A stretch of 10,729 nucleotides of DNA from Candidatus Bipolaricaulia bacterium (GCA_042219045.1 JBDGQO010000076.1:28160-38888); one strand, 5' to 3'. Counted from the stretch's first letter, positions 1-8,591 are shown. Notes: generated by a model from the sequence alone, not told the origin. A program made the numbers and translations.

Positions 1-2
1 TC

Positions 3-680
3 AACTTCGTCATCGTGCGCGAGAACTCGGAAGGGCTGTACGCCGGCATCGAGTCGACCATCGCCCCCGGCGTGACGACCGCCACGCGGGTGATCACCGA
101 GCGCGCCAGCGAGCGCATCGCCCGCTTTGCGTTCGATTACGCCCGCGAGAACAGCTATGGCAACGTGACAGCGGTTCACAAGGCCAACGTCCTACAGACG
201 ACCGACGGGCTGTTCCTGCGCTGCGTGCGCAACGTGGCCGAGCGCTATTCCGACGTCACCTACGATGAGGCGATCGTCGACGCCGCTGCGCTGCATCTCG
301 TCACGGGGCCCGAGCGCTTCGACGTCATCGTCACGACCAACCTGTTTGGCGACATCCTGAGCGACTTGTCCGCCGGCCTGATCGGCGGATTGGGGCTGTG
401 CCCGAGCGCCAACCTGGGCGATCAACATGCGCTCTTCGAGCCGGTCCACGGGACCGCGCCCGACATCGCCGGCAAGGGGATCGCCAACCCAACGGCCGCC
501 ATTCTCTGCGGCGCGATGCTGGCCCGGCACCTGGGACATCGAGAGGCGGGCGAGCGCATCGAGGCCGCACTGGAGACAACGCTTGCGGCCGGCGAGACGA
601 CGCCCGACCTCGGCGGGTCGCTTTCGACGTCGGAGATGGCCGAAGCCGTGATCGGCCACTTGAAGGAGGATTTATCATGA
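3..680 (+). CDS. Isocitrate/isopropylmalate/homoisocitrate dehydrogenase family protein (LeuB/HICDH-like, archaeal-type), 5' end outside window
   Basis: Frame is open from the window edge (NFVIVRENSEGLY...). Family motifs present: VRENxEGLY, VHKANVL, DGLF, IVDA, NLFGDILSDL, LFEPVHGTAPDIAGKGIANP, TPDLGG. Stop TGA at 678-680 overlaps the cimA ATG (ATGA). Substrate specificity cannot be determined because the N-terminal specificity loop lies outside the window. Confidence 0.93.
   Translation, partial: NFVIVRENSEGLYAGIESTIAPGVTTATRVITERASERIARFAFDYARENSYGNVTAVHKANVLQTTDGLFLRCVRNVAERYSDVTYDEAIVDAAALHLVTGPERFDVIVTTNLFGDILSDLSAGLIGGLGLCPSANLGDQHALFEPVHGTAPDIAGKGIANPTAAILCGAMLARHLGHREAGERIEAALETTLAAGETTPDLGGSLSTSEMAEAVIGHLKEDLS
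663..670 (+). promoter_or_regulatory. Shine-Dalgarno site for cimA
   Basis: AAGGAGGA ends 6 nt upstream of the ATG at 677, inside the 3' end of the dehydrogenase gene. Confidence 0.85.
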
Positions 681-2341
681 GCGACGAGCAAGGCCGCGTG
701 CTTCTGTATGACACGACGCTGCGCGACGGCGCCCAGGGCGCCGAGGTCAACTTCTCATTGCCGGACAAGCTGAAGTTGACGCAAAAACTGGATGCGTTCG
801 GCATGGACTACATCGAGGGCGGCTGGCCGGGCAGCAACCCCAAAGACGTCGAGTATTTTCAACACGTGCGCGATCTGGAGATCCACCATGCCAAGGTGAC
901 GGCCTTCGGCAGCACGCGCCGCGCCCACATCCACGCCGAAGAGGACGGCAACCTGCAGGGGCTCGTGGCAGCCGACACGCCGGCGGTGGCCATCTTCGGC
1001 AAGAGCTGGACGCTCCAAGTGACCGACGTGCTGCGCACGACGCTCGACGAAAACCGCGCCATGATCCGCGACTCGGTGGCGTTCTTGAAGTCCCAGGTTC
1101 CGGAGGTCATCTACGACGCCGAGCACTTTTTCGACGGGTATCACGCTGATCCCGACTACGCGCTCGCCACGCTGGAAGCGGCCGTTGAGGGCGGCGCCGA
1201 CTGGCTCGTGCTCTGCGACACCAATGGCGGCTCCCTGCCGGACGACATCGCGGCCATCACCGAGGCGGCCCGCGAGCAATTCGGCGTGCCGATCGGCATT
1301 CATGCCCACAACGACGGCGGCCTCGGCGTGGCCAACGCGTTGGCGGCCGTACAGGCCGGCGCCACCCAGGTCCAGGGAACGATCAACGGCTACGGCGAGC
1401 GGACCGGCAACGCCGACCTCTGCGCGGTGATTCCCAACCTGGCGCTCAAGATGGATATCGCCGTGCTCGACGATCAAGCCGATCGGCTCCAGCAGCTGAC
1501 CCGGCTCTCGCGCACCGTGAGCGAACTGGCCAATCTGGAACACAACCCCCGGCTGCCGTTCGTCGGCCGCCACTCGTTCACGCACAAGGGCGGCGCCCAC
1601 GTCAACGCCATGCTCAAGACGACCCGATCATTTGAGCACATCCCGCCGGAGACGGTCGGCAACGCGCGGCGCTACGTCGTCTCGGAGCTCTCAGGCAAGA
1701 GCAACGTGCTCCAGAAAGCCGAAGAGGCGGGACTGGCCGTCGACTCGTCCGAGGAAGCCGGTGAACTCCTGGAGGAGCTGAAACGGCTGGAGCACGAGGG
1801 CTATCAGTTTGAAGATGCCGACGCCTCGTTCGAACTGATGCTGCGTCGCGCGCGCGGCGAGGTGCCGACGTTCTTCGAGCTCGTCCACTTTCATACCCAC
1901 GTCCATCGCGAGGCCGACGAGAATGTGCCTTATGCTTCGGCCATCGTTAAGTTGCGCGTCGGCGCGACGGAGATGCTCGAGTCCGCCGAGGGCGACGGCC
2001 CGGTCAGTGCCTTAGACCAAGCCCTCCGCAAGGCGCTCTGCGAGGCCTATCCCGAGATCCTGAAGATGACGCTGCTCGACTACAAGGTCCGCATCCTCGA
2101 ATCCGAACGGGGAACGGGTGCTAAGCCGCGCGTGACGATCACGACGGGCGATGGCGAGCGCCAATGGAGCACCGTCGGTGTCGCCTACGATATTCTTGAA
2201 GCCAGTTGGCAGGCCCTGGCCGACGGCTACGTCTACGGGCTGGATCGTCATCAGGCCGACCCGCCATCCGAGCCTCATCGATCCCTGGACCGAATCGAGG
2301 CCGTCTCCGAACGCACCGAACACGAGATCGAAAAGTCATAG
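677..2341 (+). CDS. cimA: Citramalate synthase (bacterial CimA type, DRE-TIM family with C-terminal LeuA-type regulatory domain), 554 aa
   Basis: True start is the ATG at 677 (SD upstream, ATGA overlap), not 398. CimA-subfamily motifs: YDTTLRDGAQG, YIEGGWPGSNPKD, AFGSTRR, IFGKSW, DAEHFFDGY, LCDTNGG, HAHND, GYGERTGNA, HKGG, VSELSGKSN. The regulatory domain shows AEGDGPVSALDQALRKAL and DYKVRIL. Confidence 0.93.
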   Translation: MSDEQGRVLLYDTTLRDGAQGAEVNFSLPDKLKLTQKLDAFGMDYIEGGWPGSNPKDVEYFQHVRDLEIHHAKVTAFGSTRRAHIHAEEDGNLQGLVAADTPAVAIFGKSWTLQVTDVLRTTLDENRAMIRDSVAFLKSQVPEVIYDAEHFFDGYHADPDYALATLEAAVEGGADWLVLCDTNGGSLPDDIAAITEAAREQFGVPIGIHAHNDGGLGVANALAAVQAGATQVQGTINGYGERTGNADLCAVIPNLALKMDIAVLDDQADRLQQLTRLSRTVSELANLEHNPRLPFVGRHSFTHKGGAHVNAMLKTTRSFEHIPPETVGNARRYVVSELSGKSNVLQKAEEAGLAVDSSEEAGELLEELKRLEHEGYQFEDADASFELMLRRARGEVPTFFELVHFHTHVHREADENVPYASAIVKLRVGATEMLESAEGDGPVSALDQALRKALCEAYPEILKMTLLDYKVRILESERGTGAKPRVTITTGDGERQWSTVGVAYDILEASWQALADGYVYGLDRHQADPPSEPHRSLDRIEAVSERTEHEIEKS

Positions 2342-2353
2342 CGACCCTTCCCG

Positions 2354-2360
2354 AAGGAGG
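2354..2360 (+). promoter_or_regulatory. Shine-Dalgarno site for gltB
   Basis: AAGGAGG ends 4 nt upstream of the ATG at 2365, in the 23-bp cimA-gltB gap. Confidence 0.8.
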
Positions 2361-2364
2361 CGAC

Positions 2365-5300
2365 ATGCAAGCCGACGACTGGTTTCGCTTATCGGGCCGG
2401 TCGAACGGACCGGGCCTGACTCACGAGCTTCATCATCCTGCCGACTGCGGCGTCGGGGCGCTTGTGGATCTGCGGAACCGGCCGTCGCACGGGCTTCTCC
2501 GCGACGCGCTGGAGATGCTGCGCAACCTCGATCACCGCGGCGCGCGCGGCGCGGAAGAGAACACCGGCGACGGGGCCGGCGTCTTGATTCAGACGCCGGA
2601 CGCGTTCCTGCGCCGCGAGTTGCCGCCGTTGCGCGACGTCGACGATTACGCCGTCGGCCAGCTCTTCCTGCCGCGATCGGAAGACGATCAGCAGCTGTTC
2701 GTCGCGCTCGTCGAGCGGGTCGCCGACGCGAACGGGTTCGACGTCATCGCCTGGCGGCGAGTGCCGACGGTCAACGATGCGCTCGGCGAGACCGCGCTCG
2801 ATGCGGAGCCGTCGGTCCAACAGGTCTTTCTCCGTCCGCGAGCCGCGTGCGCGGACACGGAGTTTGACCGTCGGCTCTATCTCCTCCGTCGTCGGATCGA
2901 GCGGGCGGCCACCGAACTCGCCAACTCGGACGATTTCTACGTCTGCTCCCTCGACCGCCGGACGATCGTCTACAAGGGGCTGTTGACCAACGATCAGCTC
3001 GCCCGCTACTATCCCGATCTCACTCATCCGGACGTCCGTTCGGCGCTGGCCGTCGTCCACGCGCGCTTTTCCACCAACACGCTCGGGAGTTGGCCATTGG
3101 CCCATCCCTATCGCTGGATCGTCCACAACGGCGAGATCAACACGCTGCAGGGCAACCTGAACTGGATGCGCGCGCGCGAGCCCGACCTGGCCCATCCCGA
3201 CTTCGGTGACGAGATCGACGATCTGACCCCGATCGTCGACCCCGGCCAGAGCGACACGGCCAACCTGGATCACGTCTTGGAGCTGTTGATGCACAGTGGG
3301 CGGTCGCTGCCCCATGCCCTGCGGATGCTGATGCCGGAAGCCTGGCGTCAGGACCCGGCCATCGAGGACGCTCGTCGCGACTGGTACGCCTACCACGCGA
3401 TGCTGACCGAGCCGTGGGAAGGGCCGGCGCTGGTGGCCGGCAGCGACGGCGAGCGCGTCGTGGCGGCGCTCGACCGCAACGGCTTCCGGCCCTGCCGCTT
3501 CCTGGTGACCCGCGACGATCGCCTCGCTCTGGCCAGCGAGGCCGGCACGCTCGACGTCGACCCATCCCATGTCGTCGAGACCGGACGGCTCGGGCCGGGC
3601 CAGATGCTCGTGGCTGACCCGACGCGCGGTCGGCTCCTGCGCGACGACGAGGTCATGGCCGAGCTGATCGGGGACCGATACGGGCGCTGGGTCCCTGCAA
3701 ACCGGGTCCGTCTGGACGAGTCACAGCCGATCTCGAACGGGCGCAACGGCCACCGCGGCCTCTCGTTGGACCCGGCATCGCTGCTCGCCGAACAACGCGC
3801 ATTCGGCTATTCGGCCGAAAGCCTCGACCGGCTCCTGGGGCCGATGGGCAAGGACGGGAAAGATCCGGTCGGATCGATGGGCGACGACGCGCCGCCGGCG
3901 CCGCTCGCGCAGCTGGCCAAGGCGCTGTTCCACTATTTCCAACAGTCGTTCGCGCAGGTCTCCAATCCGGCGATCGACTACGTCCGCGAGGCGGGCGTCA
4001 CGTCGCTGGCGACGTTCCTCGGCCCGCGCGGCAATCTCCTGGACGAGTCGCCCGACGACGCCCGTCGATTGGAACTCGACTCGCCCGTGCTGCCCGAGGC
4101 AGATCTGCAACAACTGGCATCGATGGACGTCACCGGCCTTCGGGCGCACACGCTGGAGATGACGTTCGCTCCCGACGATTCGCTGGAGACGGCGCTCGAC
4201 GAGCTGTTCCAAGGCGCCGCAGACGCCATCGCCGAAGGCCGCACGTTGCTCGTTCTCTCGGATCGCGACGTCAACGCTCAACGAGCGCCGATCCCGAGTC
4301 TCTTGGCCACGAGCGGGCTGCATCATCACCTGATTCGTCGGGGGCTGCGCTCGCGCGTCGGGCTGATCGTCGACTCGGGCGAGGCCCATCTGGTGCACCA
4401 CATTTGCGCGCTCGTCGGCTATGGGGCCGATGCCGTCTGTCCCTATCTCGCCTATGAAAGCCTCCGCCAATCGGGCGAGGACCGCGTTGAGCGCTACGTC
4501 GACGCCCTCGAAGACGGCGTCCTGAAGGTCATGTCCAAGATGGGCATCTCTGATCTAGAAAGCTATAAGGGGGCGCAGATCTTCGACGCCGTCGGACTCG
4601 ACGCTGAGTTCATCCACCGCTACTTCACCGGGACGGTCTCGCAAGTCGGCGGCGTCGGCTTGGCCGAGATCGAGGCCGACGTCAAGGCCCGCCATCGCGC
4701 GGCGTTCGCCCCCGACCGGGATCCGACGCGGGCGCTCGACAGCGGCGGGGACTACTATTGGCGCCGCGACGGCGAGGCGCACGCCTGGAACCCCTCGACC
4801 GTCGGCGCGCTCCAATGGGCTGCGCGCAGCGGCCATCAAGAGGCCTATCGGCGTTTCGCCGAGCTCTGTCACGACCACGACCGCGAGCATTCCATCCGTG
4901 GCCGCCTGGCGTTCCAGACCGACGACACAAAGGCCGTTCCGGTTGATGAGGTCGAGCCCGTCGCCTCCGTCGCCCGACGGTTTTTCGGCAGCTCGATGTC
5001 GTTCGGCGCGCTCAGCCGAGAGGCCCACGAGACGCTCGCGATCGCGATGAACCGCCTCGGCGGGGTTGCCTGTTCCGGCGAGGGCGGCGAGCAGCCGGAG
5101 CGCTTCGGCACCGACGGCGAGTGTCGCAACAAGCAGGTCGCCAGCGGCCGCTTCGGCGTGACGCTGCACTATCTGTCCAACGCCCACGAGATCGAGATCA
5201 AGATGGCCCAGGGCTCCAAGCCGGGGGAGGGCGGCCAACTGCCGGGCCACAAGATCACCGACGACATCGGCCGCGTGCGGCACACCACCCCGGGCGTGGA

Positions 5301-6894
5301 GCTGATCTCGCCGCCCCCGCACCACGACATCTACTCCATCGAGGACCTCGCGCAGCTCATTCACGATCTCAAATGCGCCAACCCGGACGCCGAGGTCCAT
5401 GTCAAGCTCGTCGCCCGCGTCGGCGTCGGGACCATCGCGGCCGGCGTCGCCAAGGCCCGCGCCGACGGGATTCTGATCTCGGGCGACTCCGGCGGCACGG
5501 GCGCCTCGGCCAAGACGTCGATCAAACATGCCGGTCTGCCGTGGGAGCTCGGCCTGGCCGAGACCCAACAGGTGCTGTTGGAGCAGCGCCTGCGCTCCCG
5601 GGTCCGCCTGCGCGTCGACGGCGGGCTCAAGACGGGGCGCGACGTCGCCATCGCGTCGTTGTTGGGCGCGGAGGCGTTCGGCTTCGGCACGGCGCCGCTG
5701 GTCGCGTTGGGCTGCGTCATGCTGCGCAAGTGCCACTGCAACACCTGCTCGGTCGGCATCGCGACCCAAGATCCCGAGCTGCGGGCGCGTTTCGCCGGCG
5801 ATCCCGACCACGTCGTCAACTATCTGACCGGCGTCGCCCAGGAAGTCCGCGAGACGATGGCGACGCTCGGGGTTCGGTCGATGGACGAGCTCGTCGGCCG
5901 CGTCGACAGGCTGACCGCCCACTCGAGCGAGGACGGGATGGACCTCGGCCCGCTGTTGCACCGGCCCGATTCCGTCGACGCGCCGCGGAAGACGCGCGCT
6001 CAGAACCACAAGCTCGACGCCAAGCGGGACCACGAGCTCATCGTGCAGGCCCACCCGGCGCTGGAGCGCGGCGAACCCGTTGAGGTGGAGATGCCGATCA
6101 CCAACCAGGACCGGACGTTCGGGACGTTGCTCAGCTCCCGGGTTGCCCAGCGTTGGGGCGCCGACGGTCTGCCGGAGGAGGCGATCACGGTTCATCTGTT
6201 CGGCACGGCCGGCCAGAGCTTCGGCGCCTTCGGCGCGCCGGGCGTGACGCTGCGGCTGAATGGCCAAGCCAATGACTACGTCGGCAAGGGCCTGGCCGGC
6301 GGCAAGCTGGTCATCCATCCGCCGACCGACGCCGGCTATCGCCCCGAGACCAGCGTCATCCTGGGCAACGTCGCCCTCTACGGCGCCACGTCGGGCGAGC
6401 TCTACGCGCGGGGCTTGGCCGGCGAGCGCTTCGCCGTGCGCAACTCGGGCGCGTTCGCGGTCGTGGAAGGGCTCGGCCAGCACGGCTGTGAATACATGAC
6501 CGGCGGCGCCATCGTGGTCCTCGGCTCGGTCGGCCAGAACTTCGCGGCCGGGATGAGCGGCGGCGAGGCCTATCTCCTCTGTCCCGACGACCCGCTCGAC
6601 CTGGAGCGCCGCGTCAACCGGGAACGCGTCCGCATGGAAGCGATTGATGACCCCCGCGACCGGCAACTGCTCCATCGCCTGGTGGAGAACCATTGGGCGT
6701 ACACGGGGAGCTCGACCGCCGCGCGCCTGTTGACCTTCGAGCAGCTGGCCGAGCGTTTCGTCAAGGTCATGCCGACGGCGTACGCGGACGTGGTCGAAGC
6801 CGAGCGCCAGAAGGGCCGAGACATTCGACCCACGTTCCCCACGCGGGCGATCGAACCGAGCGGCGACGGTGTCCTCGTCGGCGGGGGCAAGTGA
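2365..6894 (+). CDS. gltB: Glutamate synthase large (alpha) subunit, 1509 aa including a ~27-aa propeptide
   Basis: Start is the ATG at 2365 after the SD. Class II amidotransferase CGVG (Cys codon 2446-2448), HRGA..TGDGAG, VYKG, RFSTNT, HNGEINT. Central and FMN domains: GSMGDD, MSKMGIS, GEGGE, KQVASGRFGVT, EIKMAQGSKPGEGGQLPG, LISPPPHHDIYSIEDLAQLI. Fe-S motif CX5CX4C at 5713-5748. C-terminal GXGXG domain: GTAGQSFGAF, NDYVGKGL, AGERFAVRNSG, GCEYMTGG. Confidence 0.97.
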   Translation: MQADDWFRLSGRSNGPGLTHELHHPADCGVGALVDLRNRPSHGLLRDALEMLRNLDHRGARGAEENTGDGAGVLIQTPDAFLRRELPPLRDVDDYAVGQLFLPRSEDDQQLFVALVERVADANGFDVIAWRRVPTVNDALGETALDAEPSVQQVFLRPRAACADTEFDRRLYLLRRRIERAATELANSDDFYVCSLDRRTIVYKGLLTNDQLARYYPDLTHPDVRSALAVVHARFSTNTLGSWPLAHPYRWIVHNGEINTLQGNLNWMRAREPDLAHPDFGDEIDDLTPIVDPGQSDTANLDHVLELLMHSGRSLPHALRMLMPEAWRQDPAIEDARRDWYAYHAMLTEPWEGPALVAGSDGERVVAALDRNGFRPCRFLVTRDDRLALASEAGTLDVDPSHVVETGRLGPGQMLVADPTRGRLLRDDEVMAELIGDRYGRWVPANRVRLDESQPISNGRNGHRGLSLDPASLLAEQRAFGYSAESLDRLLGPMGKDGKDPVGSMGDDAPPAPLAQLAKALFHYFQQSFAQVSNPAIDYVREAGVTSLATFLGPRGNLLDESPDDARRLELDSPVLPEADLQQLASMDVTGLRAHTLEMTFAPDDSLETALDELFQGAADAIAEGRTLLVLSDRDVNAQRAPIPSLLATSGLHHHLIRRGLRSRVGLIVDSGEAHLVHHICALVGYGADAVCPYLAYESLRQSGEDRVERYVDALEDGVLKVMSKMGISDLESYKGAQIFDAVGLDAEFIHRYFTGTVSQVGGVGLAEIEADVKARHRAAFAPDRDPTRALDSGGDYYWRRDGEAHAWNPSTVGALQWAARSGHQEAYRRFAELCHDHDREHSIRGRLAFQTDDTKAVPVDEVEPVASVARRFFGSSMSFGALSREAHETLAIAMNRLGGVACSGEGGEQPERFGTDGECRNKQVASGRFGVTLHYLSNAHEIEIKMAQGSKPGEGGQLPGHKITDDIGRVRHTTPGVELISPPPHHDIYSIEDLAQLIHDLKCANPDAEVHVKLVARVGVGTIAAGVAKARADGILISGDSGGTGASAKTSIKHAGLPWELGLAETQQVLLEQRLRSRVRLRVDGGLKTGRDVAIASLLGAEAFGFGTAPLVALGCVMLRKCHCNTCSVGIATQDPELRARFAGDPDHVVNYLTGVAQEVRETMATLGVRSMDELVGRVDRLTAHSSEDGMDLGPLLHRPDSVDAPRKTRAQNHKLDAKRDHELIVQAHPALERGEPVEVEMPITNQDRTFGTLLSSRVAQRWGADGLPEEAITVHLFGTAGQSFGAFGAPGVTLRLNGQANDYVGKGLAGGKLVIHPPTDAGYRPETSVILGNVALYGATSGELYARGLAGERFAVRNSGAFAVVEGLGQHGCEYMTGGAIVVLGSVGQNFAAGMSGGEAYLLCPDDPLDLERRVNRERVRMEAIDDPRDRQLLHRLVENHWAYTGSSTAARLLTFEQLAERFVKVMPTAYADVVEAERQKGRDIRPTFPTRAIEPSGDGVLVGGGK

Positions 6895-8384
6895 TGGCGA
6901 GCGAGAACCATCCGCAGGGCTTCTTGCATCACGGTCGCCAGCCGGTCGGCAAACGGGCGGCCGATCAGCGCGTCCACGACTGGGCCGAGATCTGGCAACC
7001 CGACTGGGATGACGACCAACTGCGCACCCAGGGCGAACGCTGCATGGACTGCGGCACGCCGACCTGCATGGCCGGCTGTCCCCTGGGCAACCTCATTCCC
7101 GACTGGAACGACCTCGTCAGCAAGGACGACTGGCGCCGGGCGCTTGAGCGGCTCCACGCCACCAACAACTTTCCCGAGTTCACCGGCTACACCTGTCCGG
7201 CGCCGTGCGAGTCGGCCTGTGTCTTGGCCGTCAACGACGACCCGGTCACGATCAAGGACATCGAGCGGGCGATCGTCGACCGCGGCTGGGCCGAGGGCTG
7301 GATTCGCCCGCAGCCGCCGTCGCATGAGACGGGGCTCCAAATTGCCGTCGTCGGCAGCGGCCCGGCCGGCTTGGCGGCCGCGCAGCAGCTCCGTCGAGTC
7401 GGCCATCGCGTGACGGTCTTGGAGCGCGACGACGCGCTCGGCGGCTTGATGACCTACGGCATCCCCGACTTCAAGTTTTCTAAATCTCGCGTCGAGCGTC
7501 GCGTCCAACAGTTGATGGACGAGGGTATTGCGTTCGAGACGAACGTCGAGCTGGGCCGCGACGTGTCGCTGGACGAGCTGCGGGCGCGCTTCGACGCGGT
7601 CGGGTTGGCGGTCGGCGCCCAACGGCCGCGCGAGGTGCCGCTGCCGGGAGCGTCATTGGGCGGCATCCGCTACGCCATGCCGTATCTCGTTCGGGCAAAC
7701 CGACGCCGAGCCGAACGACGGATCATGGACGACCCGACGTTGGACGCCGACGGAAAACGGGTCGTGGTTCTCGGCGGCGGCGACACCGGCGCGGACTGCG
7801 TCGCCACGGCGCTACGCCAGGGCGCGCGCGAGGTCGTCCAGATCAGCATCCGGGAACAGCCGCCCCACGAACGCCCCCGGGACAACCCCTGGCCGGAGCT
7901 GCCCAAGACCTATCACAAAACCTATGCGCAAGAAGAGGGAGCCATTGAGGAATTCGGCGTGGACACGACGGCGTTTGTCGATGAGTCCGACGATGGTTCC
8001 GTGGACGCGCTGCTCGCCGAGCGGGTCAAGTGGCGCTACAACGCTCGTGGGCGACGGGTCGCCAAGGACGTCATCGAGCGCGACCTGCGGATCCCCTGCG
8101 ATCTGGCATTGATCGCGATCGGGTTCCGCGGCCCCGACGCCGACTGGGCCCCGACCGCCGGCCTGGCGCTGAGCGACGACGAGACCGTTCGCGCCGACGG
8201 GCGCCTCATGACGTCCATGGAAGGGGTCTTCGTCGGCGGGGACGCGCACGTCGGGGCGTCATTGGTGGTCACCGCGATCGCCGACGGGCGGGACATGGCC
8301 CGAGGGATCGATCAACATCTCCGGGGCGAGTCGTCGCTGCCGTCGAGCCTGCGCACGCCGAACCCGGCGCTGGAGACGATCTAA
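6894..8384 (+). CDS. gltD: Glutamate synthase small (beta) subunit, NAD(P)H-dependent, 496 aa
   Basis: ATG at 6894 overlaps the gltB stop (TGATG). Motifs: RCMDCGTPTC..GCP and TNNFPEFTG..CPAPCE (two 4Fe-4S clusters), FAD motif VVGSGPAGLAAA, GGLMTYGIPDFK, second Rossmann motif GGGDTGADC, C-terminal GD...SLVV.AI.DGR. Confidence 0.96.
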   Translation: MASENHPQGFLHHGRQPVGKRAADQRVHDWAEIWQPDWDDDQLRTQGERCMDCGTPTCMAGCPLGNLIPDWNDLVSKDDWRRALERLHATNNFPEFTGYTCPAPCESACVLAVNDDPVTIKDIERAIVDRGWAEGWIRPQPPSHETGLQIAVVGSGPAGLAAAQQLRRVGHRVTVLERDDALGGLMTYGIPDFKFSKSRVERRVQQLMDEGIAFETNVELGRDVSLDELRARFDAVGLAVGAQRPREVPLPGASLGGIRYAMPYLVRANRRRAERRIMDDPTLDADGKRVVVLGGGDTGADCVATALRQGAREVVQISIREQPPHERPRDNPWPELPKTYHKTYAQEEGAIEEFGVDTTAFVDESDDGSVDALLAERVKWRYNARGRRVAKDVIERDLRIPCDLALIAIGFRGPDADWAPTAGLALSDDETVRADGRLMTSMEGVFVGGDAHVGASLVVTAIADGRDMARGIDQHLRGESSLPSSLRTPNPALETI

Positions 8385-8397
8385 CGGAGCTCGCCAT

Positions 8398-8411
8398 CAC
8401 ATCGCGATGTG
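8398..8411. repeat. Perfect 14-bp palindrome CACATCGCGATGTG
   Basis: Self-reverse-complementary sequence read directly; starts 13 nt after the gltD stop. Function unknown. Confidence 0.6.
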
Positions 8412-8473
8412 GCAACGGCCGCTGCGGGAACGCCGCGATCTGAGGCACGGACAAGGACGGTCCAAGGGGGAAC

Positions 8474-8487
8474 GTCGCCATGGCGAC
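8474..8487. repeat. Perfect 14-bp palindrome GTCGCCATGGCGAC
   Basis: Self-reverse-complementary sequence read directly, in the middle of the convergent intergenic region. Function unknown. Confidence 0.6.
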
Positions 8488-8536
8488 TGGCGCCGGCCGT
8501 GTCGTCGCTCGACGTTCTTGGCAAATGCGCGCGGCT

Positions 8537-8556
8537 CGTCGGCTCCGCAGCCGACG
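8537..8556. terminator. GC-rich stem-loop between convergent operons (possible terminator, pause site or 3' stabiliser)
   Basis: CGTCGGCT-CCGC-AGCCGACG forms an 8-bp stem with a 4-nt loop, 35 nt downstream of the small-subunit stop on the minus strand. There is no U-tract on either strand, so it is not a canonical intrinsic terminator. Confidence 0.35.
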
Positions 8557-8591
8557 GCGCGGTGTGCGGCTAGGGATCTGGGTTGGAATGA

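Noticed and set aside
398..676. 93-aa N-terminal extension of the cimA ORF in the ORF track
   Set aside because: It overlaps the dehydrogenase gene in another frame and is Arg-rich non-coding-like sequence. The SD, the ATGA overlap and the homology start all point to 677.
2248..2341. Charged C-terminal tail on CimA
   Set aside because: A short, probably disordered extension; variable tails are common and no motif is evident.
2206..2364. N-terminal extension of the gltB ORF
   Set aside because: It overlaps cimA. The SD at 2354-2360 and a normal-length propeptide support the ATG at 2365.
5121..6083. 320-aa same-strand alternative-frame ORF in gltB
   Set aside because: Arg/Gly/Pro-rich off-frame translation typical of GC-rich genes; gltB is intact, so no frameshift is implied.
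4555..6693. 712-aa antisense ORF (also 2389-3570, 6570-7622, 755-1600, 8619-9188, 9218-9862)
   Set aside because: These are shadow ORFs opposite well-supported genes, expected from high-GC codon bias, and show no recognisable motifs.
6693..6893. N-terminal extension of the gltD ORF
   Set aside because: It lies within gltB in another frame. GltD-like sequence begins at the TGATG-coupled ATG at 6894.
8385..8591. Riboswitch, tRNA or CRISPR array in the spacer
   Set aside because: The region is 3' of both operons and shows no cloverleaf, recognisable aptamer motif or spaced direct repeats.
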